A DNA stretch of 64,000 bases. Source: Auanema rhodensis (taxonomy: Eukaryota; Animalia; Nematoda). The stretch lies in contig OZ059898.1 of NCBI GenBank assembly GCA_964057225.1, positions 17,360,001-17,424,000 of the forward strand, in the 5' to 3' direction. Shown one piece after another: positions 1-12,500 of the stretch; the first letter of the stretch is position 1; every line of letters begins with the position of its first letter. A program made the position numbers and the translations under genes. Under the pieces are notes generated by a model that was given only the letters and a program-made list of their open reading frames with translations, was not told the DNA's origin and made no database searches.

Positions 1-58
1 TCTTTGCCTTGAAAAAAAGAATCTAAAAACATCTACTTTTTGCTAAATTATTTTGAAA

Positions 59-70
59 TTTTTCGAAAAA
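59..70. repeat. Dyad 1: 12-bp palindrome TTTTTCGAAAAA (in nearly all monomers)
   Basis: Self-complementary; extends imperfectly to AAATTTTTCGAAAAAATTT (56-74) with one bulge. Confidence 0.9.
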
Positions 71-97
71 ATTTTTGTCAAAATGTTTTTGGAAGCA

Positions 98-125
98 ATG
101 TTGAGTGTACATGGAAACTCAACAT
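98..125. repeat. Dyad 2: 9-bp inverted repeat ATGTTGAGT / ACTCAACAT with 10-nt spacer
   Basis: 98-106 is the exact reverse complement of 117-125. Confidence 0.92.
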
Positions 126-208
126 ACACTAATGCATCATTTTTCAAACGTTCATAACTAATTTTTGTATTCAGCGTTTCTCAATGTAGTATAGTGCATT
201 CGATGCGG

Positions 209-259
209 ATTTTTAAGCTGCGTCGATCTGTGTTATCAGATTTGCGCTAGCTTAAAAAT
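209..259. repeat. Dyad 3: 51-bp imperfect hairpin with 11-bp perfect outer stem ATTTTTAAGCT / AGCTTAAAAAT
   Basis: 209-219 pairs with 249-259; GCG 220-222 pairs with CGC 245-247; ATCTG 226-230 pairs with CAGAT 237-241; loop TGTTAT. Confidence 0.92.
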
Positions 260-276
260 GCACCGAGATATCAACT

Positions 277-298
277 GATATAAGTTCACACTTATATC
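277..298. repeat. Dyad 4: 9-bp stem GATATAAGT / ACTTATATC with 4-nt loop TCAC
   Basis: 277-285 is the exact reverse complement of 290-298. Confidence 0.92.
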
Positions 299-1404
299 CT
301 CGATTTTCACCCTGAAGAATTAATTTTTTCGTTGAATAACATTGTCCATCGTCTTTGCCTTGAAAAAAAGAATCTAAAAACATCTACTTTTTGCTAAATT
401 ATTTTGAAATTTTTCGAAAAAATTTTTGTCAAAATGTTTTTGGAAGCAATGTTGAGTGTACATGGAAACTCAACATACACTAATGCATCATTTTTCAAAC
501 GTTCATAACTAATTTTTGTATTCAGCGTTTCTCAATGTAGTATAGTGCATTCGATGCGGATTTTTAAGCTGCGTCGATCTGTGTTATCAGATTTGCGCTA
601 GCTTAAAAATGCACCGAGATATCAACTGATATAAGTTCACACTTATATCCTCGATTTTCACCCTGAAGAAATAATTTTTTCGTTGAATAACATTGTCCAT
701 CGTCTTTGCCTTGAAAAAAGGAATCTAAAAACATTTACTTTTTGCTAAATTATTCTGAAATTTTTCGAAAAAATTTTTGTCAAAATGTTTTTGGAAGCAA
801 TGTTGAGTGTACATGGAAACTCAACATACACTAATGCATCATTTTTCAAACGATCATAACTAATTTTTGTATTAAGCGTTTCTCAATGTAGTATAGTGCA
901 TTCGATGCGGATTTTTAAGCTGCGTCGATCTGTGTTATCAGATTTGCGCTAGCTTAAAAATGCACCGAGATATCAACTGATATAAGTTCACACTTATATC
1001 CTCGATTTTCACCCTGAAGAATTAATTTTTTCGTTGAATAACATTGTCCATCGTCTTTGCCTTGAAAAAAGGAATCTAAAAACATTTACTTTTTGCTAAA
1101 TTATTCTGAAATTTTTCGAAAAAATTTTTGTCAAAATGTTTTTGGAAGCAATGTTGAGTGTACATGGAAACTCAACATACACTAATGCATCATTTTTCAA
1201 ACGATCATAACTAATTTTTGTATTAAGCGTTTCTCAATGTAGTATAGTGCATTCGATGCGGATTTTTAAGCTGCGTCGATCTGTGTTATCAGATTTGCGC
1301 TAGCTTAAAAATGCACCGAGATATCAACTGATATAAGTTCACACTTATATCCTCGATTTTCACCCTGAAGAAATAATTTTTTCGTTGAATAACATTGTCC
1401 ATCG

Positions 1405-3510
1405 TCTTTGCCTTGAAAAAAGGAATCTAAAAACATCTACTTTTTGCTAAATTATTTTGAAATTTTTCGAAAACATTTTTGTCAAAATGTTTTTGGAAGC
1501 AATGTTGAGTGTACATGGAAACTCGACATACACTAATGCATCATTTTTCAAACAATCATAACTAATTTTTGTATTAAGCGTTTCTCAATGTAGTATAGTG
1601 CATTTGATGCGGATTTTTAAGCTGCGTCGATCTGTGTTATCAGATTTGCGCTAGTTTAAAAATGCACCGAAATATCAACTGATATAAGTTCACACTTATA
1701 TCCTCGATTTTCACCCTGAAGAATTAATTTTTTCGTTGAATAACATTGTCCATCGTCTTTGCCTTGAAAAACGAAATCTGAAAACATCTACTTTTTGCTA
1801 AATTATTTTGAAATTTTTCGAAAAAATTTTTGTCAAAATGTTTTTGGAAGCAATGATGAGTGTACATGGAAACTCAACATACACTAATGCATCATTTTTC
1901 AAACGTTCATAACTAATTTTTGTATTCAGCGTTTCTTAATGTAGTATAGTGCATTTGATGCGGATTTTTAAGCTGCGTCGATCTGTGTTATCAGATTTGC
2001 GCTAGTTTAAAAATGCACCGAGATATCAACTGATATAAGTTCACACTTATATCCTCGATTTTCACCCTGAAGAATTAATTTTTTCGTTGAATAACATTGT
2101 CCATCGTCTTTGCCTTGAAAAAAGGAATCTAAAAACATTTACTTTTTGCTAAATTATTCTGAAATTTTTCGAAAAAATTTTTGTCAAAATGTTTTTGGAA
2201 GCAATGTTGAGTGTACATGGAAACTCAACATACACTAATGCACCATTATTCAAACGATCATAACTAATTTTTGTATTAAGCGTTTCTCAATGTAGTATAG
2301 TGCATTCGATGCGGATTTGTAAGCTGCGTCGATCTGTGTTATCAGATTTGCGCTAGCTTAAAAATGCACCGAGATATCAACTGATATAAGTTCACACTTA
2401 TATCCTCGATTTTCACCCTGAAGAATTAATTTTTTCGTTGAATAACATTGTCCATCGTCTTTGCCTTGAAAAAAGGAATCTAAAAACATCTACTTTTTGC
2501 TAAATTATTTTGAAATTTTTCGAAAAAATTTTTGTCAAAATGTTTTTGGAAGCAATGTTGAGTGTACATGGAAACTCGACATACACTAATGCATCATTTT
2601 TCAAACAATCATAACTAATTTTTGTATTAAGCGTTTCTCAATGTAGTATAGTGCATTTGATGCGGATTTTTAAGCTGCGTCGATCTGTGTTATCAGATTT
2701 GCGCTAGTTTAAAAATGCACCGAAATATCAACTGATATAAGTTCACACTTATATCCTCGATTTTCACCCTGAAGAATTAATTTTTTCGTTGAATAACATT
2801 GTCCATCGTCTTTGCCTTGAAAAACGAAATCTGAAAACATCTACTTTTTGCTAAATTATTTTGAAATTTTTCGAAAAAATTTTTGTCAAAATGTTTTTGG
2901 AAGCAATGATGAGTGTACATGGAAACTCAACATACACTAATGCATCATTTTTCAAACGTTCATAACTAATTTTTGTATTCAGCGTTTCTTAATGTAGTAT
3001 AGTGCATTTGATGCGGATTTTTAAGCTGCGTCGATCTGTGTTATCAGATTTGCGCTAGTTTAAAAATGCACCGAGATATCAACTGATATAAGTTCACACT
3101 TATATCCTCGATTTTCACCCTGAAGAATTAATTTTTTCGTTGAATAACATTGTCCATCGTCTTTGCCTTGAAAAAAGGAATCTAAAAACATTTACTTTTT
3201 GCTAAATTATTCTGAAATTTTTCGAAAAAATTTTTGTCAAAATGTTTTTGGAAGCAATGTTGAGTGTACATGGAAACTCAACATACACTAATGCACCATT
3301 ATTCAAACGATCATAACTAATTTTTGTATTAAGCGTTTCTCAATGTAGTATAGTGCATTCGATGCGGATTTGTAAGCTGCGTCGATCTGTGTTATCAGAT
3401 TTGCGCTAGCTTAAAAATGCACCGAGATATCAACTGATATAAGTTCACACTTATATCCTCGATTTTCACCCTGAAGAATTAATTTTTTCGTTGAATAACA
3501 TTGTCCATCG
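1405..3510. repeat. Trimeric higher-order repeat, 2 x 1053 bp (third copy at 8776-9828)
   Basis: The same order of three haplotypes starts at 1405, 2458 and 8776: CTCGAC/CCGAAAT; AACGAAATCTG/ATGATG/CGTTC/CTTAAT; CACCATTATT. Confidence 0.85.
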
Positions 3511-6500
3511 TCTTTGCCTTGAAAAAAGGAATCTAAAAACATCTACTTTTTGCTAAATTATTTTGAAATTTTTCGAAAAAATTTTTGTCAAAATGTTTTT
3601 GGAAGCAATGATGAGTGTACATGGAAACTCAACATACACTAATGCATCATTTTTCAAACGTTCATAACTAATTTTTGTATTCAGCGTTTCTTAATGTAGT
3701 ATAGTGCATTTGATGCGGATTTTTAAGCTGCGTCGATCTGTGTTATCAGATTTGCGCTAGTTTAAAAATGCACCGAGATATCAACTGATATAAGTTCACA
3801 CTTATATCCTCGATTTTCACCCTGAAGAATTAATTTTTTCGTTGAATAACATTGTCCATCGTCTTTGCCTTGAAAAACGAAATCTGAAAACATCTACTTT
3901 TTGCTAAATTATTTTGAAATTTTTCGAAAAAATTTTTGTCAAAATGTTTTTGGAAGCAATGATGAGTGTACATGGAAACTCAACATACACTAATGTACCA
4001 TTTTTCAAACGATCATAACTAATTTTTGTATTAAGCGTTTCTCAATGTAGTATAGTGCATTCGATGCGGATTTTTAAGCTGCGTCGATCTGTGTTATCAG
4101 ATTTGCGCTAGCTTAAAAATGCACCGAGATATCAACTGATATAAGTTCACACTTATATCCTCGATTTTCACCCTGAAGAATTAATTTTTTCGTTGAATAA
4201 CATTGTCCATCGTCTTTGCCTTGAAAAAAGGAATCTAAAAACATTTACTTTTTGCTAAATTATTCTGAAATTTTTCGAAAAAATTTTTGTCAAAATGTTT
4301 TTGGAAGCAATGTTGAGTGTACATGGAAACTCAACATACACTAATGCACCATTATTCAAACGATCATAACTAATTTTTGTATTAAGCGTTTCTCAATGTA
4401 GTATAGTGCATTCGATGCGGATTTTTAAGCTGCGTCGATCTGTGTTATCAGATTTGCGCTAGCTTAAAAATGCACCGAGATATCAACTGATATAAGTTCA
4501 CACTTATATCCTCGATTTTCACCCTGAAGAATTAATTTTTTCGTTGAATAACATTGTCCATCGTCTTTGCCTTGAAAAACGAAATCTGAAAACATCTACT
4601 TTTTGCTAAATTATTTTGAAATTTTTCGAAAAAATTTTTGTCAAAATGTTTTTGGAAGCAATGATGAGTGTACATGGAAACTCAACATACACTAATGCAT
4701 CATTTTTCAAACGTTCATAACTAATTTTTGTATTCAGCGTTTCTTAATGTAGTATAGTGCATTTGATGCGGATTTTTAAGCTGCGTCGATCTGTGTTATC
4801 AGATTTGCGCTAGTTTAAAAATGCACCGAGATATCAACTGATATAAGTTCACACTTATATCCTCGATTTTCACCCTGAAGAATTAATTTTTTCGTTGAAT
4901 AACATTGTCCATCGTCTTTGCCTTGAAAAAAGGAATCTAAAAACATTTACTTTTTGCTAAATTATTCTGAAATTTTTCGAAAAAATTTTTGTCAAAATGT
5001 TTTTGGAAGCAATGTTGAGTGTACATGGAAACTCAACATACACTAATGCACCATTATTCAAACGATCATAACTAATTTTTGTATTAAGCGTTTCTCAATG
5101 TAGTATAGTGCATTCGATGCGGATTTTTAAGCTGCGTCGATCTGTGTTATCAGATTTGCGCTAGCTTAAAAATGCACCGAGATATCAACTGATATAAGTT
5201 CACACTTATATCCTCGATTTTCACCCTGAAGAATTAATTTTTTCGTTGAATAACATTGTCCATCGTCTTTGCCTTGAAAAACGAAATCTGAAAACATCTA
5301 CTTTTTGCTAAATTATTTTGAAATTTTTCGAAAAAATTTTTGTCAAAATGTTTTTGGAAGCAATGATGAGTGTACATGGAAACTCAACATACACTAATGC
5401 ACCATTTTTCAAACGATCATAACTAATTTTTGTATTAAGCGTTTCTCAATGTAGTATAGTGCATTCGATGCGGATTTTTAAGCTGCGTCGATCTGTGTTA
5501 TCAGATTTGCGCTAGCTTAAAAATGCACCGAGATATCAACTGATATAAGTTCACACTTATATCCTCGATTTTCACCCTGAAGAATTAATTTTTTCGTTGA
5601 ATAACATTGTCCATCGTCTTTGCCTTGAAAAAAGGAATCTAAAAACATCTACTTTTTGCTAAATTATTTTGAAATTTTTCGAAAAAATTTTTGTCAAAAT
5701 GTTTTTGGAAGCAATGATGAGTGTACATGGAAACTCAACATACACTAATGCATCATTTTTCAAACGTTCATAACTAATTTTTGTATTCAGCGTTTCTTAA
5801 TGTAGTATAGTGCATTTGATGCGGATTTTTAAGCTGCGTCGATCTGTGTTATCAGATTTGCGCTAGTTTAAAAATGCACCGAGATATCAACTGATATAAG
5901 TTCACACTTATATCCTCGATTTTCACCCTGAAGAATTAATTTTTTCGTTGAATAACATTGTCCATCGTCTTTGCCTTGAAAAACGAAATCTGAAAACATC
6001 TACTTTTTGCTAAATTATTTTGAAATTTTTCGAAAAAATTTTTGTCAAAATGTTTTTGGAAGCAATGATGAGTGTACATGGAAACTCAACATACACTAAT
6101 GCACCATTTTTCAAACGATCATAACTAATTTTTGTATTAAGCGTTTCTCAATGTAGTATAGTGCATTCGATGCGGATTTTTAAGCTGCGTCGATCTGTGT
6201 TATCAGATTTGCGCTAGCTTAAAAATGCACCGAGATATCAACTGATATAAGTTCACACTTATATCCTCGATTTTCACCCTGAAGAATTAATTTTTTCGTT
6301 GAATAACATTGTCCATCGTCTTTGCCTTGAAAAAAGGAATCTAAAAACATTTACTTTTTGCTAAATTATTCTGAAATTTTTCGAAAAAATTTTTGTCAAA
6401 ATGTTTTTGGAAGCAATGTTGAGTGTACATGGAAACTCAACATACACTAATGCACCATTTTTCAAACGATCATAACTAATTTTTGTATTAAGCGTTTCTC

Positions 6501-9500
6501 AATGTAGTATAGTGCATTCGATGCGGATTTTTAAGCTGCGTCGATCTGTGTTATCAGATTTGCGCTAGCTTAAAAATGCACCGAGATATCAACTGATATA
6601 AGTTCACACTTATATCCTCGATTTTCACCCTGAAGAATTAATTTTTTCGTTGAATAACATTGTCCATCGTCTTTGCCTTGAAAAAAGGAATCTAAAAACA
6701 TCTACTTTTTGCTAAATTATTTTGAAATTTTTCGAAAAAATTTTTGTCAAAATGTTTTTGGAAGCAATGTTGAGTGAACATGGAAACTCAACATACACTA
6801 ATGCATCATTTTTCAAACAATCATAACTAATTTTTGTATTAAGCGTTTCTCAATGTAGTATAGTGCATTTGATGAGGATTTTTAAGCTGCGTCGATCTGT
6901 GTTATCAGATTTGCGCTAGCTTAAAAATGCACCGAGATATCAACTGATATAAGTTCACACTTATATCCTCGATTTTCACCCTGAAGAATTAATTTTTTCG
7001 TTGAATAACATTGTCCATCGTCTTTGCCTTGAAAAAAGGAATCTAAAAACATCTACTTTTTGCTAAATTATTTTGAAATTTTTCGAAAAAATTTTTGTCA
7101 AAATGTTTTTGGAAGCAATGTTGAGTGAACATGGAAACTCAACATACACTAATGCATCATTTTTCAAACAATCATAACTAATTTTTGTATTAAGCGTTTC
7201 TCAATGTAGTATAGTGCATTTGATGCGGATTTTTAAGCTGCGTCGATCTGTGTTATCAGATTTGCGCTAGCTTAAAAATGCACCGAGATATCAACTGATA
7301 TAAGTTCACACTTATATCCTCGATTTTCACCCTGAAGAATTAATTTTTTCGTTGAATAACATTGTCCATCGTCTTTGCCTTGAAAAAAGGAATCTAAAAA
7401 CATCTACTTTTTGCTAAATTATTTTGAAATTTTTCGAAAAAATTTTTGTCAAAATGTTTTTGGAAGCAATGTTGAGTGTACATGGAAACTCAACATACAC
7501 TAATGCACCATTTTTCAAACGATCATAACTAATTTTTGTATTAAGCGTTTCTCAATGTAGTATAGTGCATTCGATGCGGATTTTTAAGCTGCGTCGATCT
7601 GTGTTATCAGATTTGCGCTAGCTTAAAAATGCACCGAGATATCAACTGATATAAGTTCACACTTATATCCTCGATTTTCACCCTGAAGAATTAATTTTTT
7701 CGTTGAATAACATTGTCCATCGTCTTTGCCTTGAAAAAAGGAATCTAAAAACATCTACTTTTTGCTAAATTATTTTGAAATTTTTCGAAAAAATTTTTGT
7801 CAAAATGTTTTTGGAAGCAATGTTGAGTGAACATGGAAACTCAACATACACTAATGCATCATTTTTCAAACAATCATAACTAATTTTTGTATTAAGCGTT
7901 TCTCAATGTAGTATAGTGCATTTGATGAGGATTTTTAAGCTGCGTCGATCTGTGTTATCAGATTTGCGCTAGCTTAAAAATGCACCGAGATATCAACTGA
8001 TATAAGTTCACACTTATATCCTCGATTTTCACCCTGAAGAATTAATTTTTTCGTTGAATAACATTGTCCATCGTCTTTGCCTTGAAAAAAGGAATCTAAA
8101 AACATCTACTTTTTGCTAAATTATTTTGAAATTTTTCGAAAAAATTTCTGTCAAAATGTTTTTGGAAGCAATGTTGAGTGAACATGGAAACTCAACATAC
8201 ACTAATGCATCATTTTTCAAACAATCATAACTAATTTTTGTATTAAGCGTTTCTCAATGTAGTATAGTGCATTTGATGCGGATTTTTAAGCTGCGTCGAT
8301 CTGTGTTATCAGATTTGCGCTAGCTTAAAAATGCACCGAGATATCAACTGATATAAGTTCACACTTATATCCTCGATTTTCACCCTGAAGAATTAATTTT
8401 TTCGTTGAATAACATTGTCCATCGTCTTTGCCTTGAAAAAAGGAATCTAAAAACATTTACTTTTTGCTAAATTATTCTGAAATTTTTCGAAAAAATTTCT
8501 GTCAAAATGTTTTTGGAAGCAATGTTGAGTGTACATGGAAACTCAACATACACTAATGCATCATTTTTCAAACGATCATAACTAATTTTTGTATTAAGCG
8601 TTTCTCAATGTAGTATAGTGCATTCGATGCGGATTTTTAAGCTGCGTCGATCTGTGTTATCAGATTTGCGCTAGCTTAAAAATGCACCGAGATATCAACT
8701 GATATAAGTTCACACTTATATCCTCGATTTTCACCCTGAAGAATTAATTTTTTCGTTGAATAACATTGTCCATCGTCTTCGCCTTGAAAAAAGGAATCTA
8801 AAAACATCTACTTTTTGCTAAATTATTTTGAAATTTTTCGAAAAAATTTTTGTCAAAATGTTTTTGGAAGCAATGTTGAGTGTACATGGAAACTCGACAT
8901 ACACTAATGCATCATTTTTCAAACAATCATAACTAATTTTTGTATTAAGCGTTTCTCAATGTAGTATAGTGCATTTGATGCGGATTTTTAAGCTGCGTCG
9001 ATTTGTGTTATCAGATTTGCGCTAGTTTAAAAATGCACCGAAATATCAACTGATATAAGTTCACACTTATATCCTCGATTTTCACCCTGAAGAATTAATT
9101 TTTTCGTTGAATAACATTGTCCATCGTCTTTGCCTTGAAAAACGAAATCTGAAAACATCTACTTTTTGCTAAATTATTTTGAAATTTTTCGAAAAAATTT
9201 TTGTCAAAATGTTTTTGGAAGCAATGATGAGTGTACATGGAAACTCAACATACACTAATGCATCATTTTTCAAACGTTCATAACTAATTTTTGTCTTCAG
9301 CGTTTCTTAATGTAGTATAGTGCATTTGATGCGGATTTTTAAGCTGCGTCGATCTGTGTTATCAGATTTGCGCTAGTTTAAAAATGCACCGAGATATCAA
9401 CTGATATAAGTTCACACTTATATCCTCGATTTTCACCCTGAAGAATTAATTTTTTCGTTGAATAACATTGTCCATCGTCTTTGCCTTGAAAAAAGGAATC

Positions 9501-12500
9501 TAAAAACATTTACTTTTTGCTAAATTATTCTGAAATTTTTCGAAAAAATTTTTGTCAAAATGTTTTTGGAAGCAATGTTGAGTGTACATGGAAACTCAAC
9601 ATACACTAATGCACCATTATTCAAACGATCATAACTAATTTTTGTATTAAGCGTTTCTCAATGTAGTATAGTGCATTCGATGCGGATTTTTAAGTTGCGT
9701 CGATCTGTGTTATCAGATTTGCGCTAGCTTAAAAATGCACCGAGATATCAACTGATATAAGTTCACACTTATATCCTCGATTTTCACCCTGAAGAATTAA
9801 TTTTTTCGTTGAATAACATTGTCCATCGTCTTTGCCTTGAAAAAAGGAATCTAAAAACATCTACTTTTTGCTAAATTATTTTGAAATTTTTCGAAAAAAT
9901 TTTTGTCAAAATGTTTTTGGAAGCAATGTTGAGTGAACATGGAAACTCAACATACACTAATGCATCATTTTTCAAACAATCATAACTAATTTTTGTATTA
10001 AGCGTTTCTCAATGTAGTATAGTGCATTTGATGCGGATTTTTAAGCTGCGTCGATCTGTGTTATCAGATTTGCGCTAGCTTAAAAATGCACCGAGATATC
10101 AACTGATATAAGTTCACACTTATATCCTCGATTTTCACCCTGAAGAATTAATTTTTTCGTTGAATAACATTGTCCATCGTCTTTGCCTTGAAAAAAGGAA
10201 TCTAAAAACATCTACTTTTTGCTAAATTATTTTGAAATTTTTCGAAAAAATTTTTGTCAAAATGTTTTTGGAAGCAATGTTGAGTGAACATGGAAACTCA
10301 ACATACACTAATGCATCATTTTTCAAACAATCATAACTAATTTTTGTATTAAGCGTTTCTCAATGTAGTATAGTGCATTTGATGCGGATTTTTAAGCTGC
10401 GTCGATCTGTGTTATCAGATTTGCGCTAGCTTAAAAATGCACCGAGATATCAACTGATATAAGTTCACACTTATATCCTCGATTTTCACCCTGAAGAATT
10501 AATTTTTTCGTTGAATAACATTGTCCATCGTCTTTGCCTTGAAAAAAGGAATCTAAAAACATCTACTTTTTGCTAAATTATTTTGAAATTTTTCGAAAAA
10601 ATTTTTGTCAAAATGTTTTTGGAAGCAATGTTGAGTGAACATGGAAACTCAACATACACTAATGCATCATTTTTCAAACAATCATAACTAATTTTTGTAT
10701 TAAGCGTTTCTCAATGTAGTATAGTGCATTTGATGCGGATTTTTAAGCTGCGTCGATCTGTGTTATCAGATTTGCGCTAGCTTAAAAATGCACCGAGATA
10801 TCAACTGATATAAGTTCACACTTATATCCTCGATTTTCACCCTGAAGAATTAATTTTTTCGTTGAATAACATTGTCCATCGTCTTTGCCTTGAAAAAAGG
10901 AATCTAAAAACATTTACTTTTTGCTAAATTATTCTGAAATTTTTCGAAAAAATTTCTGTCAAAATGTTTTTGGAAGCAATGTTGAGTGTACATGGAAACT
11001 CAACATACACTAATGCATCATTTTTCAAACGATCATAACTAATTTTTGTATTAAGCGTTTCTCAATGTAGTATAGTGCATTCGATGCGGATTTTTAAGCT
11101 GCGTCGATCTGTGTTATCAGATTTGCGCTAGCTTAAAAATGCACCGAGATATCAACTGATATAAGTTCACACTTATATCCTCGATTTTCACCCTGAAGAA
11201 TTGATTTTTTCGTTGAATAACATTGTCCATCGTCTTTGCCTTGAAAAAAGGAATCTAAAAACATTTACTTTTTGCTAAATTATTCTGAAATTTTTCGAAA
11301 AAATTTTTGTCAAAATGTTTTTGGAAGCAATGTTGAGTGTACATGGAAACTCAACATACACTAATGCATCATTTTTCAAACGATCATAACTAATTTTTGT
11401 ATTAAGCGTTTCTCAATGTAGTATAGTGCATTTGATGCGGATTTTTAAGCTGCGTCGATCTGTGTTATCAGATTTGCGCTAGCTTAAAAATGCACCGAGA
11501 TATCAACTGATATAAGTTCACACTTATATCCTCGATTTTCACCCTGAAGAAATAATTTTTTCGTTGAATAACATTGTCCATCGTCTTTGCCTTGAGAAAA
11601 GGAATCTAAAAACATCTACTTTTTGCTAAATTATTTTGAAGTTTTTCGAAAAAATTTTTGTCAAAATGTTTTTGGAAGCAATGTTGAGTGTACATGGAAA
11701 CTCAACATACACTAATGCATCATTTTTCAAACGATCATAACTCATTTTTGTATTAAGCGTTTCTCAATGTAGTATAGTGCATTCGATGCGGATTTTTAAG
11801 CTGCGTCGATCTGTGTTATCAGATTTGCGCTAGCTTAAAAATGCACCGAGATATCAACTGATATAAGTTCACACTTATATCCTCGATTTTCACCCTGAAG
11901 AATTAATTTTTTCGTTGAATAACATTGTCCATCGTCTTTGCCTTGAAAAAAGGAATCTAGAAACATTTACTTTTTGCTAAATTATTCTGAAATTTTTCGA
12001 AAAAATTTTTGTCAAAATGTTTTTGGAAGCAATGTTGAGTGTACATGGAAACTCAACATACACTAATGCACCATTTTTCAAACGATCATAACTAATTTTT
12101 GTATTAAGCGTTTCTCAATGTAGTATAATGCATTCGATGCGGATTTTTAAGCTGCGTCGATCTGTGTTATCAGATTTGCGCTAGCTTAAAAATGCACCGA
12201 GATATCAACTGATATAAGTTCACACTTATATCCTCGATTTTCACCCTGAAGAATTAATTTTTTCGTTGAATAACATTGTCCATCGTCTTTGCCTTGAAAA
12301 AAGGAATCTAAAAACATCTACTTTTTGCTAAATTATTCTGAAATTTTTCGAAAAAATTTTTGTCAAAATGTTTTTGGAAGCAATGTTGAGTGTACATGGA
12401 AACTCAACATACACTAATGCACCATTTTTCAAACGATCATAACTAATTTTTGTATTAAGCGTTTCTCAATGTAGTATAATGCATTCGATGCGGATTTTTA

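Larger units (their letters stand above)
1..351. repeat. Representative 351-bp monomer (start point arbitrary)
   Basis: 1-351 is nearly identical to 352-702; ~31% GC; many A/T tracts of 4-7 nt. Confidence 0.98.

Noticed and set aside
327-343. CENP-B-box-like TTTCGTTGAATAACATT
   Set aside because: It matches the TTCG....A half of NTTCGNNNNANNCGGGN but lacks the essential CGGG.
142-343. Internal dimer structure (2 x ~175 bp)
   Set aside because: Only a weak resemblance (TTTCA...TAATTTTT at ~142-166 vs ~306-329), explicable by AT-richness.
1-351. Tandem RNA gene cluster (5S rRNA, tRNA, snRNA, spliced leader)
   Set aside because: I recognise no 5S, tRNA cloverleaf, A/B-box or spliced-leader sequence. 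An Rfam/Infernal scan would be the definitive test.
1-351. Assignment to a named ~350-360 bp satellite (Drosophila 1.688 family, Tribolium satellites)
   Set aside because: Similar length and AT content only; I cannot recognise sequence identity without a database search.
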